A stretch of DNA of 11,120 bases, from contig JBGPXN010000155.1 in assembly GCA_041492755.1 (NCBI GenBank), forward strand, positions 1 through 11,120, in the 5' to 3' direction. The notes beneath the pieces were generated by a model. It worked only from the letters and a program-made list of their open reading frames with translations. It had not been told where the DNA came from and did no database searches. Made by a program: the position numbers and the translations under genes. Shown piece after piece: positions 1 through 7,811 of the stretch (position 1 is the stretch's first letter; each line of letters begins with the position of its first letter). Source of the DNA: Candidatus Methylomirabilia bacterium (GTDB taxonomy: Bacteria; Methylomirabilota; Methylomirabilia; Rokubacteriales; CSP1-6).

Positions 1-317
1 GCAACCCCGTCATTGCCGAGGCGCTCGAGGACACCGCCGCCGGCCGCCAGCATCGACAGAACGCCCTCACGCTGGCGATCGACGTCGCGCGCTTCGGCGA
101 CCCCGCCGCGTTCCATCGCGAGGTCAGGCGCCTCGTCACCAACCTGAAGGCGCAGCCGCGCGATCCCGACGTCGCCGAGATCCTGATGCCCGGCGAGCGG
201 GGCGCTCGCACCGCCGAGCGCCGCCGGCGTGACGGGATTCCGATCGCCCGTGCGGTGCACGACGAGCTCCGGGCCCTGGCGAGCCGGCTCGGCGTGGCGA
301 TGTTCCCTACTGCTTGA
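1..317 (+). CDS. Ldh_2 (malate/L-lactate/ureidoglycolate dehydrogenase-like) family oxidoreductase, C-terminal part (5' truncated by window)
   Basis: Frame 3 is open from the window edge to TGA 315-317: NPVIAEALEDTAAGRQHRQNALTLAIDVARFGDPAAFHREVRRLVTNLKAQPRDPDVAEILMPGERGARTAERRRRDGIPIARAVHDELRALASRLGVAMFPTA. The AIDxxxF...I.MPGE...R.GIPI...EL..LA pattern is the typical Ldh_2 C-terminus. Not in the ORF track because the start lies outside the window. Confidence 0.8.
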   Translation, partial: NPVIAEALEDTAAGRQHRQNALTLAIDVARFGDPAAFHREVRRLVTNLKAQPRDPDVAEILMPGERGARTAERRRRDGIPIARAVHDELRALASRLGVAMFPTA

Positions 318-318
318 G

Positions 319-1731
319 TTAGGGAAAGATGCCCATCTCGAGGTAAGAGCCGGCGACCTTGGTGACCGCTTCGTAGAAGGCGGCGGTGCGGAGGTCACCC
401 ACGCGCGGGTCGCGCTTCCAGATGTCGTGGATCGTGTGGTAGGCGGTGATCATCGTCTCCTCGAGCCCGGAGTTGACGAGGTCGATCTCGTCGGGCCCCT
501 TGACGATGGTCTTGCGCTCGGCCTCCGTGAAGCGCCGGCCGGTCGCCGACTCCACGGCGCGCAGCATCCGATCGAAGGCCGACTCCTCGAAGCGCTTGCC
601 CACCCGGCCGAAGCGCACGTGGGAGAGGTTCTTCACCCACTCGAAGTAGGAGACGACCACGCCGCCCGCGTTCAGGTACACGTCCGGGATGATCATCACG
701 TCGCGCTGACGCAAGATCGCCTCCGCCTCGGCGGTGGTGGGGCCGTTCGCGCCCTCGGCGATGATCCGGGCCTGGATGCGCGGAGCGTTCTCGGCCGTGA
801 TCTGGTTCTCCAGCGCCGCCGGGATGAGAATATCGCAGTCGAGCTCCAGCGCGCGCCCGGTGGGCGTGAGGTTCTGGGCACCGGGAAAGCCGAGGATGGA
901 GCCGGTCTCCCGCAGGTGGCGGACGACGGTGTCGACGTCGAGGCCGGCGGCGCGATACACGGCGCCGTCGCGCTCGGAGAGGGCGATGATGACGGCGCCG
1001 TTGTCCTGGCAGAACTTGGCGGCGTGGTACCCCACGTTGCCGAGCCCCTGGACCACCACGCGCTTGCCCTCGAGCCCCCGCGAAAGACCGAGCGCCTTCA
1101 TGTCGTCCGCCTGATCGCACGCCTCGCGCAGCCCGAAGTAGATGCCGCGCCCGGTCGCCTCCACGCGGCCCCGGATACCGTTCTGGGTCACCGGCTTGCC
1201 GGTGACGCAGGCCGAGGTGTCGATCTCGCCCGGATGGAAGGCGGTGTAGGTGTCTTCGATCCAGGCCATCTCGCGCGGCCCGGTGCCGTAGTCGGGCGCC
1301 GGCACGTCGACGCCGGGGCCGATGAAGTTCTTCTTGATGAGCTCGGCGGTGTAGCGGCGGGTGATGTGCTCCAGCTCCTCGACCGTGTACTTCCTGGTAT
1401 CGATCTTCACGCCGCCCTTGGCCCCGCCGAACGGCAGGTCGGCGATGGCGCACTTGTAGGTCATGAGCGCGGCCAGCGCCTTGACCTCGTCCTCGTTGAC
1501 CTCGGGCGCGAAGCGGATGCCGCCCTTCACGGGCAGCCGGTGGTGGCTGTGCTGGACGCGCCACCCCGAGATGACCTCGTAGCCGCCCGCGCGGCGGATC
1601 GGAAACTGCACGGCCAGGACCGCGTTGCAGACCTTGATCTGATCGAGCAGCCCGCGCGGGAAGTCGGTCAGCGCGGCCGCACGCTCGAAGTAGATGTTGA
1701 CGGTTTCGTAGAAGCTGGGCACGCTGCTCAT
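319..1731 (-). CDS. gdhA: Glutamate dehydrogenase (Glu/Leu/Phe/Val dehydrogenase family), 470 aa
   Basis: True start is ATG at 1731 ([11 protein letters not shown]), with a GAGGAGG SD upstream and an ATGA overlap with the upstream stop. Motifs: [44 protein letters not shown] (Rossmann), [23 protein letters not shown]. Confidence 0.95.
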   Translation of the reverse strand: MSSVPSFYETVNIYFERAAALTDFPRGLLDQIKVCNAVLAVQFPIRRAGGYEVISGWRVQHSHHRLPVKGGIRFAPEVNEDEVKALAALMTYKCAIADLPFGGAKGGVKIDTRKYTVEELEHITRRYTAELIKKNFIGPGVDVPAPDYGTGPREMAWIEDTYTAFHPGEIDTSACVTGKPVTQNGIRGRVEATGRGIYFGLREACDQADDMKALGLSRGLEGKRVVVQGLGNVGYHAAKFCQDNGAVIIALSERDGAVYRAAGLDVDTVVRHLRETGSILGFPGAQNLTPTGRALELDCDILIPAALENQITAENAPRIQARIIAEGANGPTTAEAEAILRQRDVMIIPDVYLNAGGVVVSYFEWVKNLSHVRFGRVGKRFEESAFDRMLRAVESATGRRFTEAERKTIVKGPDEIDLVNSGLEETMITAYHTIHDIWKRDPRVGDLRTAAFYEAVTKVAGSYLEMGIFP

Positions 1732-2588
1732 GCGCGATCGTCCTCCTCGTCGAGCCCGATCTCGCGGAAGAAGCGGGCGATGACCGCCTGCACCTCGGCG
1801 CGGTGGGAGCGGTTGGGAAAGTGCGAGCCGCCGGCAACGACGTGCAGCCGCGCGCCGGGGATCGTCGCCGCCACCCGCTGCGACATCGCCACCGTCGGAA
1901 AGTGGTCGAGCTCGCCGGCGATGATCAGCACCGGGCAACGGATCCGCGCGCAATCGTCGATCCACTCGCTGCGGCTGTAGGTCTCGTCGAGCAGCGCGAG
2001 CAGCGAGGCCGTGGAGTGCGCGCGGAGGCGCCCGGTCACCTCCGCGTAGCGTTCCGGCCGGGCCTTGAAGCGCGCCAGCGCTTCCTCCCCCATCCGCAGC
2101 CGCACGTTGGCGTCGAAGTACTCCTCGACGCGGCCGGCGGCCACGAGCGGCCGGTGCGCCGCCCACCACGCCCGATCCGCGGGGATGGTCGCGAACGGGG
2201 GGCCGCTGATCGAGACCACGGCCCGGACCCGCTCGGGATGATGGGCGGCCAGCCACAGCGACAGCGCCGCGCCCATGGACGCGCCACCCCACACCGGCGG
2301 CGCGCTGCCGAGGCCGTCGAGCCACCCGAGCAGGTCTTCGGCCTTGCGCGGATACGTGTAGTCCTCCACGCGCTCGAACTTCTGGGACAGACCATGCCCG
2401 CGCGTGTCGGGGAAGAACGCCCGGATGCGGCCGAAGAACGGCTCCAGGTCCGTCACCATGAACGACGAATCTTCGACCGAGCCGCCGTGGATCCAGACGA
2501 CGGGTGGCCCATGGGGAATCCCCGCCTCGCGCCAGTGCAGGCGGACGCCGGTGGGCAAGCCACGTTGGGGCCGGACGGTTTCCGTCAC
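1728..2588 (-). CDS. Alpha/beta-fold hydrolase, 286 aa
   Basis: C-terminal part of the 1728..3806 ORF. GTG at 2588 overlaps the upstream TGA (GTGA). Motifs: IHGG oxyanion, [13 protein letters not shown] nucleophile elbow, IAGELD (acid), GGSHFP (catalytic His). Start codon inferred from translational coupling; no clear SD. Confidence 0.88.
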   Translation of the reverse strand: MTETVRPQRGLPTGVRLHWREAGIPHGPPVVWIHGGSVEDSSFMVTDLEPFFGRIRAFFPDTRGHGLSQKFERVEDYTYPRKAEDLLGWLDGLGSAPPVWGGASMGAALSLWLAAHHPERVRAVVSISGPPFATIPADRAWWAAHRPLVAAGRVEEYFDANVRLRMGEEALARFKARPERYAEVTGRLRAHSTASLLALLDETYSRSEWIDDCARIRCPVLIIAGELDHFPTVAMSQRVAATIPGARLHVVAGGSHFPNRSHRAEVQAVIARFFREIGLDEEDDRA

Positions 2589-3298
2589 GCCGGAGACAGC
2601 CGTTGCTCGAAGCGGCGCGCCACCCGCGACATGGAATAGGTACAGACCCAGTAGACCACGGCGATGAAGAGATAGAGCTCGAAGGGCCGGATCTCGCGGT
2701 TGTTCACGATCTGCGCGGCCTTGGTGAGATCGACGTAGCCGATGATCGAGGCCAGCGACGTGTCCTTGAAGAGCACGATCATCTGGGTCACCAGCGACGG
2801 CGCCATGTTGCGCAGCGCCTGGGGCAGGATCACGAACCGCATGGCTTGCGACCCGGACAGCCCGAGGGCGCGCGCGGCCTCCACCTGCCCGCGCGCCACC
2901 GACTGCACGCCGGCGCGCACGATCTCGCCGAAGTAGGCGGCCTCGAAGATCACGAACGCCGTGAGCGCGACGCCGTACTCCGGGATCCGGATGCCCAGGA
3001 GCTGGGGGATGATGAACCAGAACCAGAAGATCACCATCACCAGCGGCACGCCGCGGAAGAACTCCACGTAGACCGTCGCGGGCAGCCGGATCCAGGGGGC
3101 CGCCGCCAGCCGTCCCAGCCCGACGAGAATGCCGAGCAGGAATCCCAGGACGATGGCCGGAACGGCCAGCCGCAGCGTGCCGCCCGCGAAGCCGCCGATC
3201 CCGAAGAAGCCCTGCACGATCAGGAACGTGAAGTTGGCGGCGATCACCGTGACCGCACCGGTAAACCATTGGGCAACGGCGACGAATGGCTCGAGCAC
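2585..3298 (-). CDS. Polar amino-acid ABC transporter permease (GltK-like)
   Basis: Hydrophobic protein with [29 protein letters not shown], the EAA loop [19 protein letters not shown] and FKDTSL. Confidence 0.93.
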   Translation of the reverse strand: MLEPFVAVAQWFTGAVTVIAANFTFLIVQGFFGIGGFAGGTLRLAVPAIVLGFLLGILVGLGRLAAAPWIRLPATVYVEFFRGVPLVMVIFWFWFIIPQLLGIRIPEYGVALTAFVIFEAAYFGEIVRAGVQSVARGQVEAARALGLSGSQAMRFVILPQALRNMAPSLVTQMIVLFKDTSLASIIGYVDLTKAAQIVNNREIRPFELYLFIAVVYWVCTYSMSRVARRFEQRLSPA

Positions 3299-3304
3299 GG
3301 CCGC

Positions 3305-4024
3305 TCAGCCCGCGCCCACCCGGACGATGAGGCCCGGGATGGCGAATCGACGCTCGACGCGCGCCATGACGGTGGCGATGGACAGACAGAGCACGAGGTA
3401 GATCAGGGTCCCCGCGGTCAGCGCCTCGATGGCCTTGGCGGTGTACGTCTCGATCTGGCGCGTCTGGAAGGTCAGCTCGGCCACGCTGATCGTCAGCGCC
3501 ACCGACGAGTTCTTCAGGAGGTTCAGCGACTCGCTGGTCAGCGGCGGCACGATGAGCCGCAAGGCGATGGGGAGGATCACGAGCCGGTAGGATTGCCACA
3601 CCGTGAGCCCCATCGCCATGGACGCCTCGAACTGCGTGCGGGGGATGGCGAGGATGCCGGAGCGGATCACCTCCGAGAACCGCGCCCCGTGATACACGCC
3701 GAGCGCGAACATCCCGGCCCAGAACTCCACACCGTGGTTGAACAGCCAGTCCTGGACACCGCGCGGCAGCAGCGGCGGCACCCCGAAGTACCAGAAGAAC
3801 ATCCACACGAGCAGCGGGACGTTGCGGAAGAACTCGACGTAGAACGTGGCGCCGGCGCGAATCGGACGGGCGCGCACGGTCCGCATGGCGCCGGAGGCGA
3901 TCCCGAGCGTGAGCGCCAGCACCCAGGCCAGCGCCGAGATCTCGAGCGTGGTGAGCAGCCCCTGGAGCAGCCAGAGACCCGACTGGCCGCTCCAGAGGAC
4001 GCTCCAGTTGAACTGGTAGCTCAC
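3305..4024 (-). CDS. Polar amino-acid ABC transporter permease (GltJ-like)
   Basis: GTG start; YQFNWSVLW N-terminus, YVEFFRNVPLLV, SEVIRSGI, QFEASMAMGL, LLKNSSVALTISVAEL. Confidence 0.93.
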   Translation of the reverse strand: MSYQFNWSVLWSGQSGLWLLQGLLTTLEISALAWVLALTLGIASGAMRTVRARPIRAGATFYVEFFRNVPLLVWMFFWYFGVPPLLPRGVQDWLFNHGVEFWAGMFALGVYHGARFSEVIRSGILAIPRTQFEASMAMGLTVWQSYRLVILPIALRLIVPPLTSESLNLLKNSSVALTISVAELTFQTRQIETYTAKAIEALTAGTLIYLVLCLSIATVMARVERRFAIPGLIVRVGAG

Positions 4025-4043
4025 GCCCGCGCGCGCGCGGCGA

Positions 4044-4898
4044 TCACTTGCCGATTTGCTTCAGGAGATAGGCCTTCACCTGGGGCGACAGGGGATAGGG
4101 CAGCTCGCCCTTCGGCCCGAACCACTTGTCGTAGATCTCGAAGTACTTCCCGGATTCGAAGCCGTTCTTGAGCCCGGTGTCGACGGCCTGCTTGAACTTG
4201 GCGTCGCCCTTGCGCATGGCCATGCCAAAGGGCTCCTCCGAGTAGAAGTCGCCGACGACCTCCCAGTCACCCGGGTTCGGCGTCTTGCCCTTGAGCCCGT
4301 AGAGCTGGATGCCGTCGTTGGTGTAGGCGTCCACCTGCCCCTGCACGAGCGCCTGGAAGGCGGCCGGCTGGTCCGGGAATTCACGGAGCTGCGCCGTCGG
4401 CACCTTCTCGCGGATGATCCTGGCGTTGGTCGAGCCCTGCTGGGCCGCCACGCGCTTGCCGCCGATGTCCTGGATGCTCTTGATGGGGCTGCCCTTCTTC
4501 ACGAGGAACTGGGCGCCCGTGTAGAAGAACGTGAGACTGAAATCCACGCTCTGCCGGCGCTCCACGGTGTCGGTCATCGTACCCGCGATGAGGTCGACGG
4601 CGTTCGAGCTCAAGAGCGGGATCCGGGTCGGCGGTGCCGATTCCTTCTTCTCGAGCTTGACCGGCTTGCCGACTTCCTTGGCGACCACGGGGATGACGAG
4701 CTGCTCGACCAGATCGATCGTGAAGCCCACCCACTCGTTGTTCTTGTTCACGTAGGCGAAGGGCGGGGAGCCGGTGCGGGTGCCGATGGTCAGCGTGCCG
4801 GTGCGGCCGATCTTCTCCAGCGTCGTCTCCGCCACCGCCGGCGTGACCAGCGACAGCAGCAGGGCGAGACCGAGAAGGAGGGCAAGGGGCCGTCTCAT
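4044..4898 (-). CDS. Polar amino-acid ABC transporter substrate-binding protein (family 3, GltI-like)
   Basis: Sec signal peptide MRRPLALLLGLALLLSLVTPAVA|E; TLEKIGRTGTLTIGTR, PPFAY, RIPLL, ERRQSVDFS, QQGST, IYDKWF. GGAGGT SD at 4905-4910 (minus strand). Confidence 0.93.
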   Translation of the reverse strand: MRRPLALLLGLALLLSLVTPAVAETTLEKIGRTGTLTIGTRTGSPPFAYVNKNNEWVGFTIDLVEQLVIPVVAKEVGKPVKLEKKESAPPTRIPLLSSNAVDLIAGTMTDTVERRQSVDFSLTFFYTGAQFLVKKGSPIKSIQDIGGKRVAAQQGSTNARIIREKVPTAQLREFPDQPAAFQALVQGQVDAYTNDGIQLYGLKGKTPNPGDWEVVGDFYSEEPFGMAMRKGDAKFKQAVDTGLKNGFESGKYFEIYDKWFGPKGELPYPLSPQVKAYLLKQIGK

Positions 4899-4911
4899 GG
4901 GGTGACCTCCG

Positions 4912-5652
4912 TTAGTGGGACAGGATTTTGGACAGGAACTGCTGGGCCCGATCCGTCTTCGCCGCGGCGAAGAAGGCCTCGGGGGTATCGGCCTCGACGA
5001 TCTGGCCCGCGTCCATGAACACCACGCGGTGGGCGACGCGCCGGGCGAATCCCATCTCGTGGGTGACGACCATCATGGTCATCCCGCTCCGGGCGAGATC
5101 GGTCATGACCTCGAGCACCTCGTTGATCATCTCCGGGTCGAGCGCGGACGTGGGCTCGTCGAAGAGCATGATGCGCGGCTGCATGGCGAGCGCGCGGGCG
5201 ATGGCCACCCGCTGCTGCTGGCCACCCGAGAGGTTGGCCGGATAGTTGTCGGCCTTGTCGGGGATGCCGACCCGCTCCAGCAGCGCGCGGGCCGTCTTCT
5301 CCGCTTCGCCGTCGGTGATGCCCTTCACCTTCACGGGCGCGAGCTTGATGTTCTCGATGACCGTCATGTGGGGGAACAAGTTGAAGGACTGGAAGACCAT
5401 GCCCACCCGGGTGCGAAGCTTGGCCAGGTTCACGCCGGAGCGCGTGATCGTCTCGCCGAGGACGACGACCTCACCGGACTGCACACGCTCGAGCGCGTTC
5501 ACGCACCGGATCAGCGTGCTCTTGCCCGAGCCCGACGGCCCGCACACCACCACGACCTCGCCGGTGGCGACGGTGAGCGACACGTCCAGGAGCACGTGCA
5601 GCTTGCCGAAGAACTTGTCGATCTTCCTGAACTCGATCGCCGCTTCGGCCAT
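4912..5652 (-). CDS. Polar amino-acid ABC transporter ATP-binding protein (GltL/GlnQ-like)
   Basis: Walker [11 protein letters not shown]-loop [13 protein letters not shown], signature LSGGQQQR, Walker [13 protein letters not shown]-loop VTHEMGFA. Its ATG directly abuts the upstream TAG. Confidence 0.96.
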   Translation of the reverse strand: MAEAAIEFRKIDKFFGKLHVLLDVSLTVATGEVVVVCGPSGSGKSTLIRCVNALERVQSGEVVVLGETITRSGVNLAKLRTRVGMVFQSFNLFPHMTVIENIKLAPVKVKGITDGEAEKTARALLERVGIPDKADNYPANLSGGQQQRVAIARALAMQPRIMLFDEPTSALDPEMINEVLEVMTDLARSGMTMMVVTHEMGFARRVAHRVVFMDAGQIVEADTPEAFFAAAKTDRAQQFLSKILSH

Positions 5653-6153
5653 CTATTCCACAATCACCAGGACGTCACCCGGGTTCACCGCCTGGCCGGC
5701 GGTGACGCGCACCTCCCGCACCGTCCCCGGCTGCGACGCCTTGAACTCGTTCTCCATCTTCATGGCCTCGATGACGACGAGCGTGTCGCCGGCGAGGACC
5801 GCGTCGCCCGGCCGCACGGCAACGTGGGTGATTTTACCCGGGAGGGGGGCGGTCAGGGTCTGGCCGCCGGCGCCCGCGGCCATGCCCCCGCGGGTGCGGA
5901 TGCGATAGCGGATCTCCTCCTCGATGCGGATCACGTACCTTTCGCCGGCCACCTCGACGGCGAGCGCGTCGGCCTCGGGGGTGACGTCCGCGACCCACGA
6001 CACACCGTCGACCAGCAGCGAGCAGATCCCCGGCAGCGTCAGCCGGGCGTCGACCTCCCACACCCGGTCGCCGATGGTGACCTGATAGCGCCCCTCGCCG
6101 CCGGTGACGTCGACTCGCTCGACCGTGGCGCCGACGGTGGCGACGAACTTCAT
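5653..6153 (-). CDS. Biotin carboxyl carrier subunit of an acyl-CoA carboxylase (N-terminal beta-rich domain + biotinyl domain)
   Basis: APLPGKI...V.PGD.V..GDTLVVIEAMKMENE biotinylation motif; ~90-aa beta-strand-rich N-terminal region. Confidence 0.93.
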   Translation of the reverse strand: MKFVATVGATVERVDVTGGEGRYQVTIGDRVWEVDARLTLPGICSLLVDGVSWVADVTPEADALAVEVAGERYVIRIEEEIRYRIRTRGGMAAGAGGQTLTAPLPGKITHVAVRPGDAVLAGDTLVVIEAMKMENEFKASQPGTVREVRVTAGQAVNPGDVLVIVE

Positions 6154-6175
6154 GTCGCAGTCGCGCCCGGCACGC

Positions 6176-7672
6176 TTACGGCGCGCCTCGCCACCGCGGC
6201 CGGGTGGCGAGCCGCCAGGCGCTGGGCGTGTCGGGGCTCACCGACGTGGGGGTCACGCGCCGACGCTGCTCGTACGCAGACAGCGCGGCGGCAATGATGG
6301 CGATGGGCCGCGCCGGTCCGTCCGCGGACGCCGTCAGCGCGGGGCCCAGACGGTCGAGAAAGCCGGTGCTCAGTCGGCCCGCCTTGAAGTCCGGGTGCGC
6401 GACGATCCGCTCCAGCACGGGGATGGTGGTCCGCACCCCGGCCACTCGGTATTCCCCGAGCGCGCGCCTCATGCGAGCGATGGCCATCTCGCGGTCCGGC
6501 CCCCACACGATCAGCTTGGCGATCAGCGTATCGTAGAACCGGGGCACGGACGCGCCTTCGTACACGCCGGAATCGTCGCGGACGCCGGGGCCGGACGCCG
6601 GGCGCAGCCCGGTGATCGTTCCCGGCGAGGGCAGCCAGCCCGCGAACGGATCCTCCGCGTTGATCCGGCACTCGATGGCGGCGCCCCGCAGCCGGACGTC
6701 GGCCTGGCTCAGCGCGAGCGGCTCGCCGCGCGCGATGGCGAGCTGGGCGTGGACGAGATCGATCCCGGTGACGAGCTCGGTGACGGGATGCTCGACCTGC
6801 AACCGCGTGTTCATCTCGAGGAAGTAAAAGTTCCCCTCGGCGTCCACCAGGAACTCGACGGTGCCCGCGTTGACGTAGCCCGCCGCCCGCGCGACGCGAC
6901 AGGCGGCGTCGCCAAGCCGCTCGCGGAGCGGTTCGTCCACGAACGCCGAGGGTGACTCCTCCAGCAGCTTCTGGTGCCGCCGCTGGATGGAGCATTCGCG
7001 CTCGCCGAGGTGAATCACGTGCCCGTGCACGTCGGCGAGCACCTGGACCTCGATGTGCCGCGGCTCGTCGATCGCGCGCTCGAGATAGACGGAGGCGTCA
7101 CCGAATGCACTGCCGGCCTCGCCGCGAGCCATCCGCAACGCCGCCTCGAGATCCTCTTCGCGGCGCACCAGCCGCATGCCCTTGCCGCCGCCGCCGAGCG
7201 CGGCCTTGACCATGATCGGATAGCCGACCTCGCGCGCGACCTCGCGCGCGGCCGCGTCGCTCGTCACGGGCTCTACCATCCCCGGCACCATCGGCACGCC
7301 GAGATCGCGGGCGATCCGCCGGGCCGCGGTCTTGTCTCCCATCGCGCGGATCGCCGCCGGCGGCGGTCCGACGAAGGTCAGGCCGGCTTCGACACAGGCC
7401 TCGGCGAAGCGCGCGTTTTCGGCGAGGAAGCCGTAGCCGGGATGGACGGCAGTGGCGCCCGACTTCCGCGCGACTTCGATCAGCCGGTCGATCGCGAGAT
7501 AGCTCTCGGCGGCCGGCGACGGGCCGATCAGATAGGCCTCATCGGCCATGAGGACGTGAAGCGCTTCGCGATCAGCCTCGGAGAAGACGGCCACGGTCGG
7601 GAGGGCGAGCTCGCGGCAGGCCCGAATGACCCGGACCGCGATCTCTCCGCGATTGGCGACGAGGACCTTCAT
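6176..7672 (-). CDS. accC: Biotin carboxylase subunit of an acetyl/propionyl/methylcrotonyl-CoA carboxylase, 498 aa
   Basis: ATG at 7672 gives the canonical MKVLVANRGEIA start. Motifs: HPGYGFLAEN, KAALGGGGKGMR, RHIEVQ, ERECSIQRRHQKLLEESP, GTVEFL, FLEMNTRLQVEHPVTE, IECRINAED. Acyl-CoA specificity cannot be determined from sequence. Confidence 0.93.
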   Translation of the reverse strand: MKVLVANRGEIAVRVIRACRELALPTVAVFSEADREALHVLMADEAYLIGPSPAAESYLAIDRLIEVARKSGATAVHPGYGFLAENARFAEACVEAGLTFVGPPPAAIRAMGDKTAARRIARDLGVPMVPGMVEPVTSDAAAREVAREVGYPIMVKAALGGGGKGMRLVRREEDLEAALRMARGEAGSAFGDASVYLERAIDEPRHIEVQVLADVHGHVIHLGERECSIQRRHQKLLEESPSAFVDEPLRERLGDAACRVARAAGYVNAGTVEFLVDAEGNFYFLEMNTRLQVEHPVTELVTGIDLVHAQLAIARGEPLALSQADVRLRGAAIECRINAEDPFAGWLPSPGTITGLRPASGPGVRDDSGVYEGASVPRFYDTLIAKLIVWGPDREMAIARMRRALGEYRVAGVRTTIPVLERIVAHPDFKAGRLSTGFLDRLGPALTASADGPARPIAIIAAALSAYEQRRRVTPTSVSPDTPSAWRLATRPRWRGAP

Positions 7673-7688
7673 GCGTGGCCGCGCGCCC

Positions 7689-7697
7689 ACTATAGCA
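7689..7697 (-). promoter_or_regulatory. Putative extended -10 promoter (TGCTATAGT) for the carboxylase/transporter/gdhA operon
   Basis: Minus strand reads TG-C-TATAGT, matching TGnTAnnnT in an otherwise GC-rich intergenic region, 16 nt upstream of the ATG at 7672. Confidence 0.6.
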
Positions 7698-7756
7698 TCG
7701 GGGCCGCGGAGCCTGCGCATCACCGCCACCGGCGACCACGAAGATCCCGGTTACGG

Positions 7757-7762
7757 TACCAT
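7757..7762 (+). promoter_or_regulatory. Putative -10 element (TACCAT) of the leuS leader transcript
   Basis: TAnnnT hexamer followed by 7 nt and then GTG 7770, the spacing expected for a leaderless transcript. No clear -35 identified. Confidence 0.55.
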
Positions 7763-7769
7763 GACGTTC

Positions 7770-7811
7770 GTGAGGCCATTCGATCGCCTCCTCCTTACCA
7801 GGCCGCGCTGA
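7770..7811 (+). CDS. Putative leucine-sensing leader peptide MRPFDRLLLTRPR (alternative start ATG 7761: MTFVRPFDRLLLTRPR)
   Basis: GTG AGG CCA TTC GAT CGC CTC CTC CTT ACC AGG CCG CGC TGA: three consecutive Leu codons (7788-7796), with the stop 119 nt upstream of leuS and lying inside a perfect hairpin arm. Confidence 0.75.
   Translation: MRPFDRLLLTRPR

Noticed and set aside
229..1980. 583-aa plus-strand ORF antisense to gdhA
   Set aside because: Shadow ORF opposite a conserved gene; strong GC3 bias removes stop codons on the antisense frame. No recognisable motifs.
1732..2325. N-terminal extension of GDH to 668 aa in the ORF track
   Set aside because: Arg/Gly/Ala-rich off-frame read of the hydrolase gene. 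Homology and a strong SD place the start at 1731.
2589..3806. 692-aa ORF suggesting a long N-terminal fusion on the hydrolase
   Set aside because: The upstream part overlaps both permeases in another frame and is low-complexity. Hydrolase motifs begin only after GTG 2588.
2504..6297. Long plus-strand ORFs (2504..4171, 4056..5018, 4915..6297)
   Set aside because: Antisense shadows of the ABC transporter and biotin-carrier genes.
7673..7729. Upstream start of biotin carboxylase (517 aa)
   Set aside because: The family N-terminus begins at MKVLVANRGE (7672), and the extension would span the putative -10 element.
7626..7760. 61-aa ORF 7626..7811 as a real protein
   Set aside because: Its 5' part overlaps accC antisense and the promoter region. 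Only the last 13-16 codons are supported, as the leader peptide.
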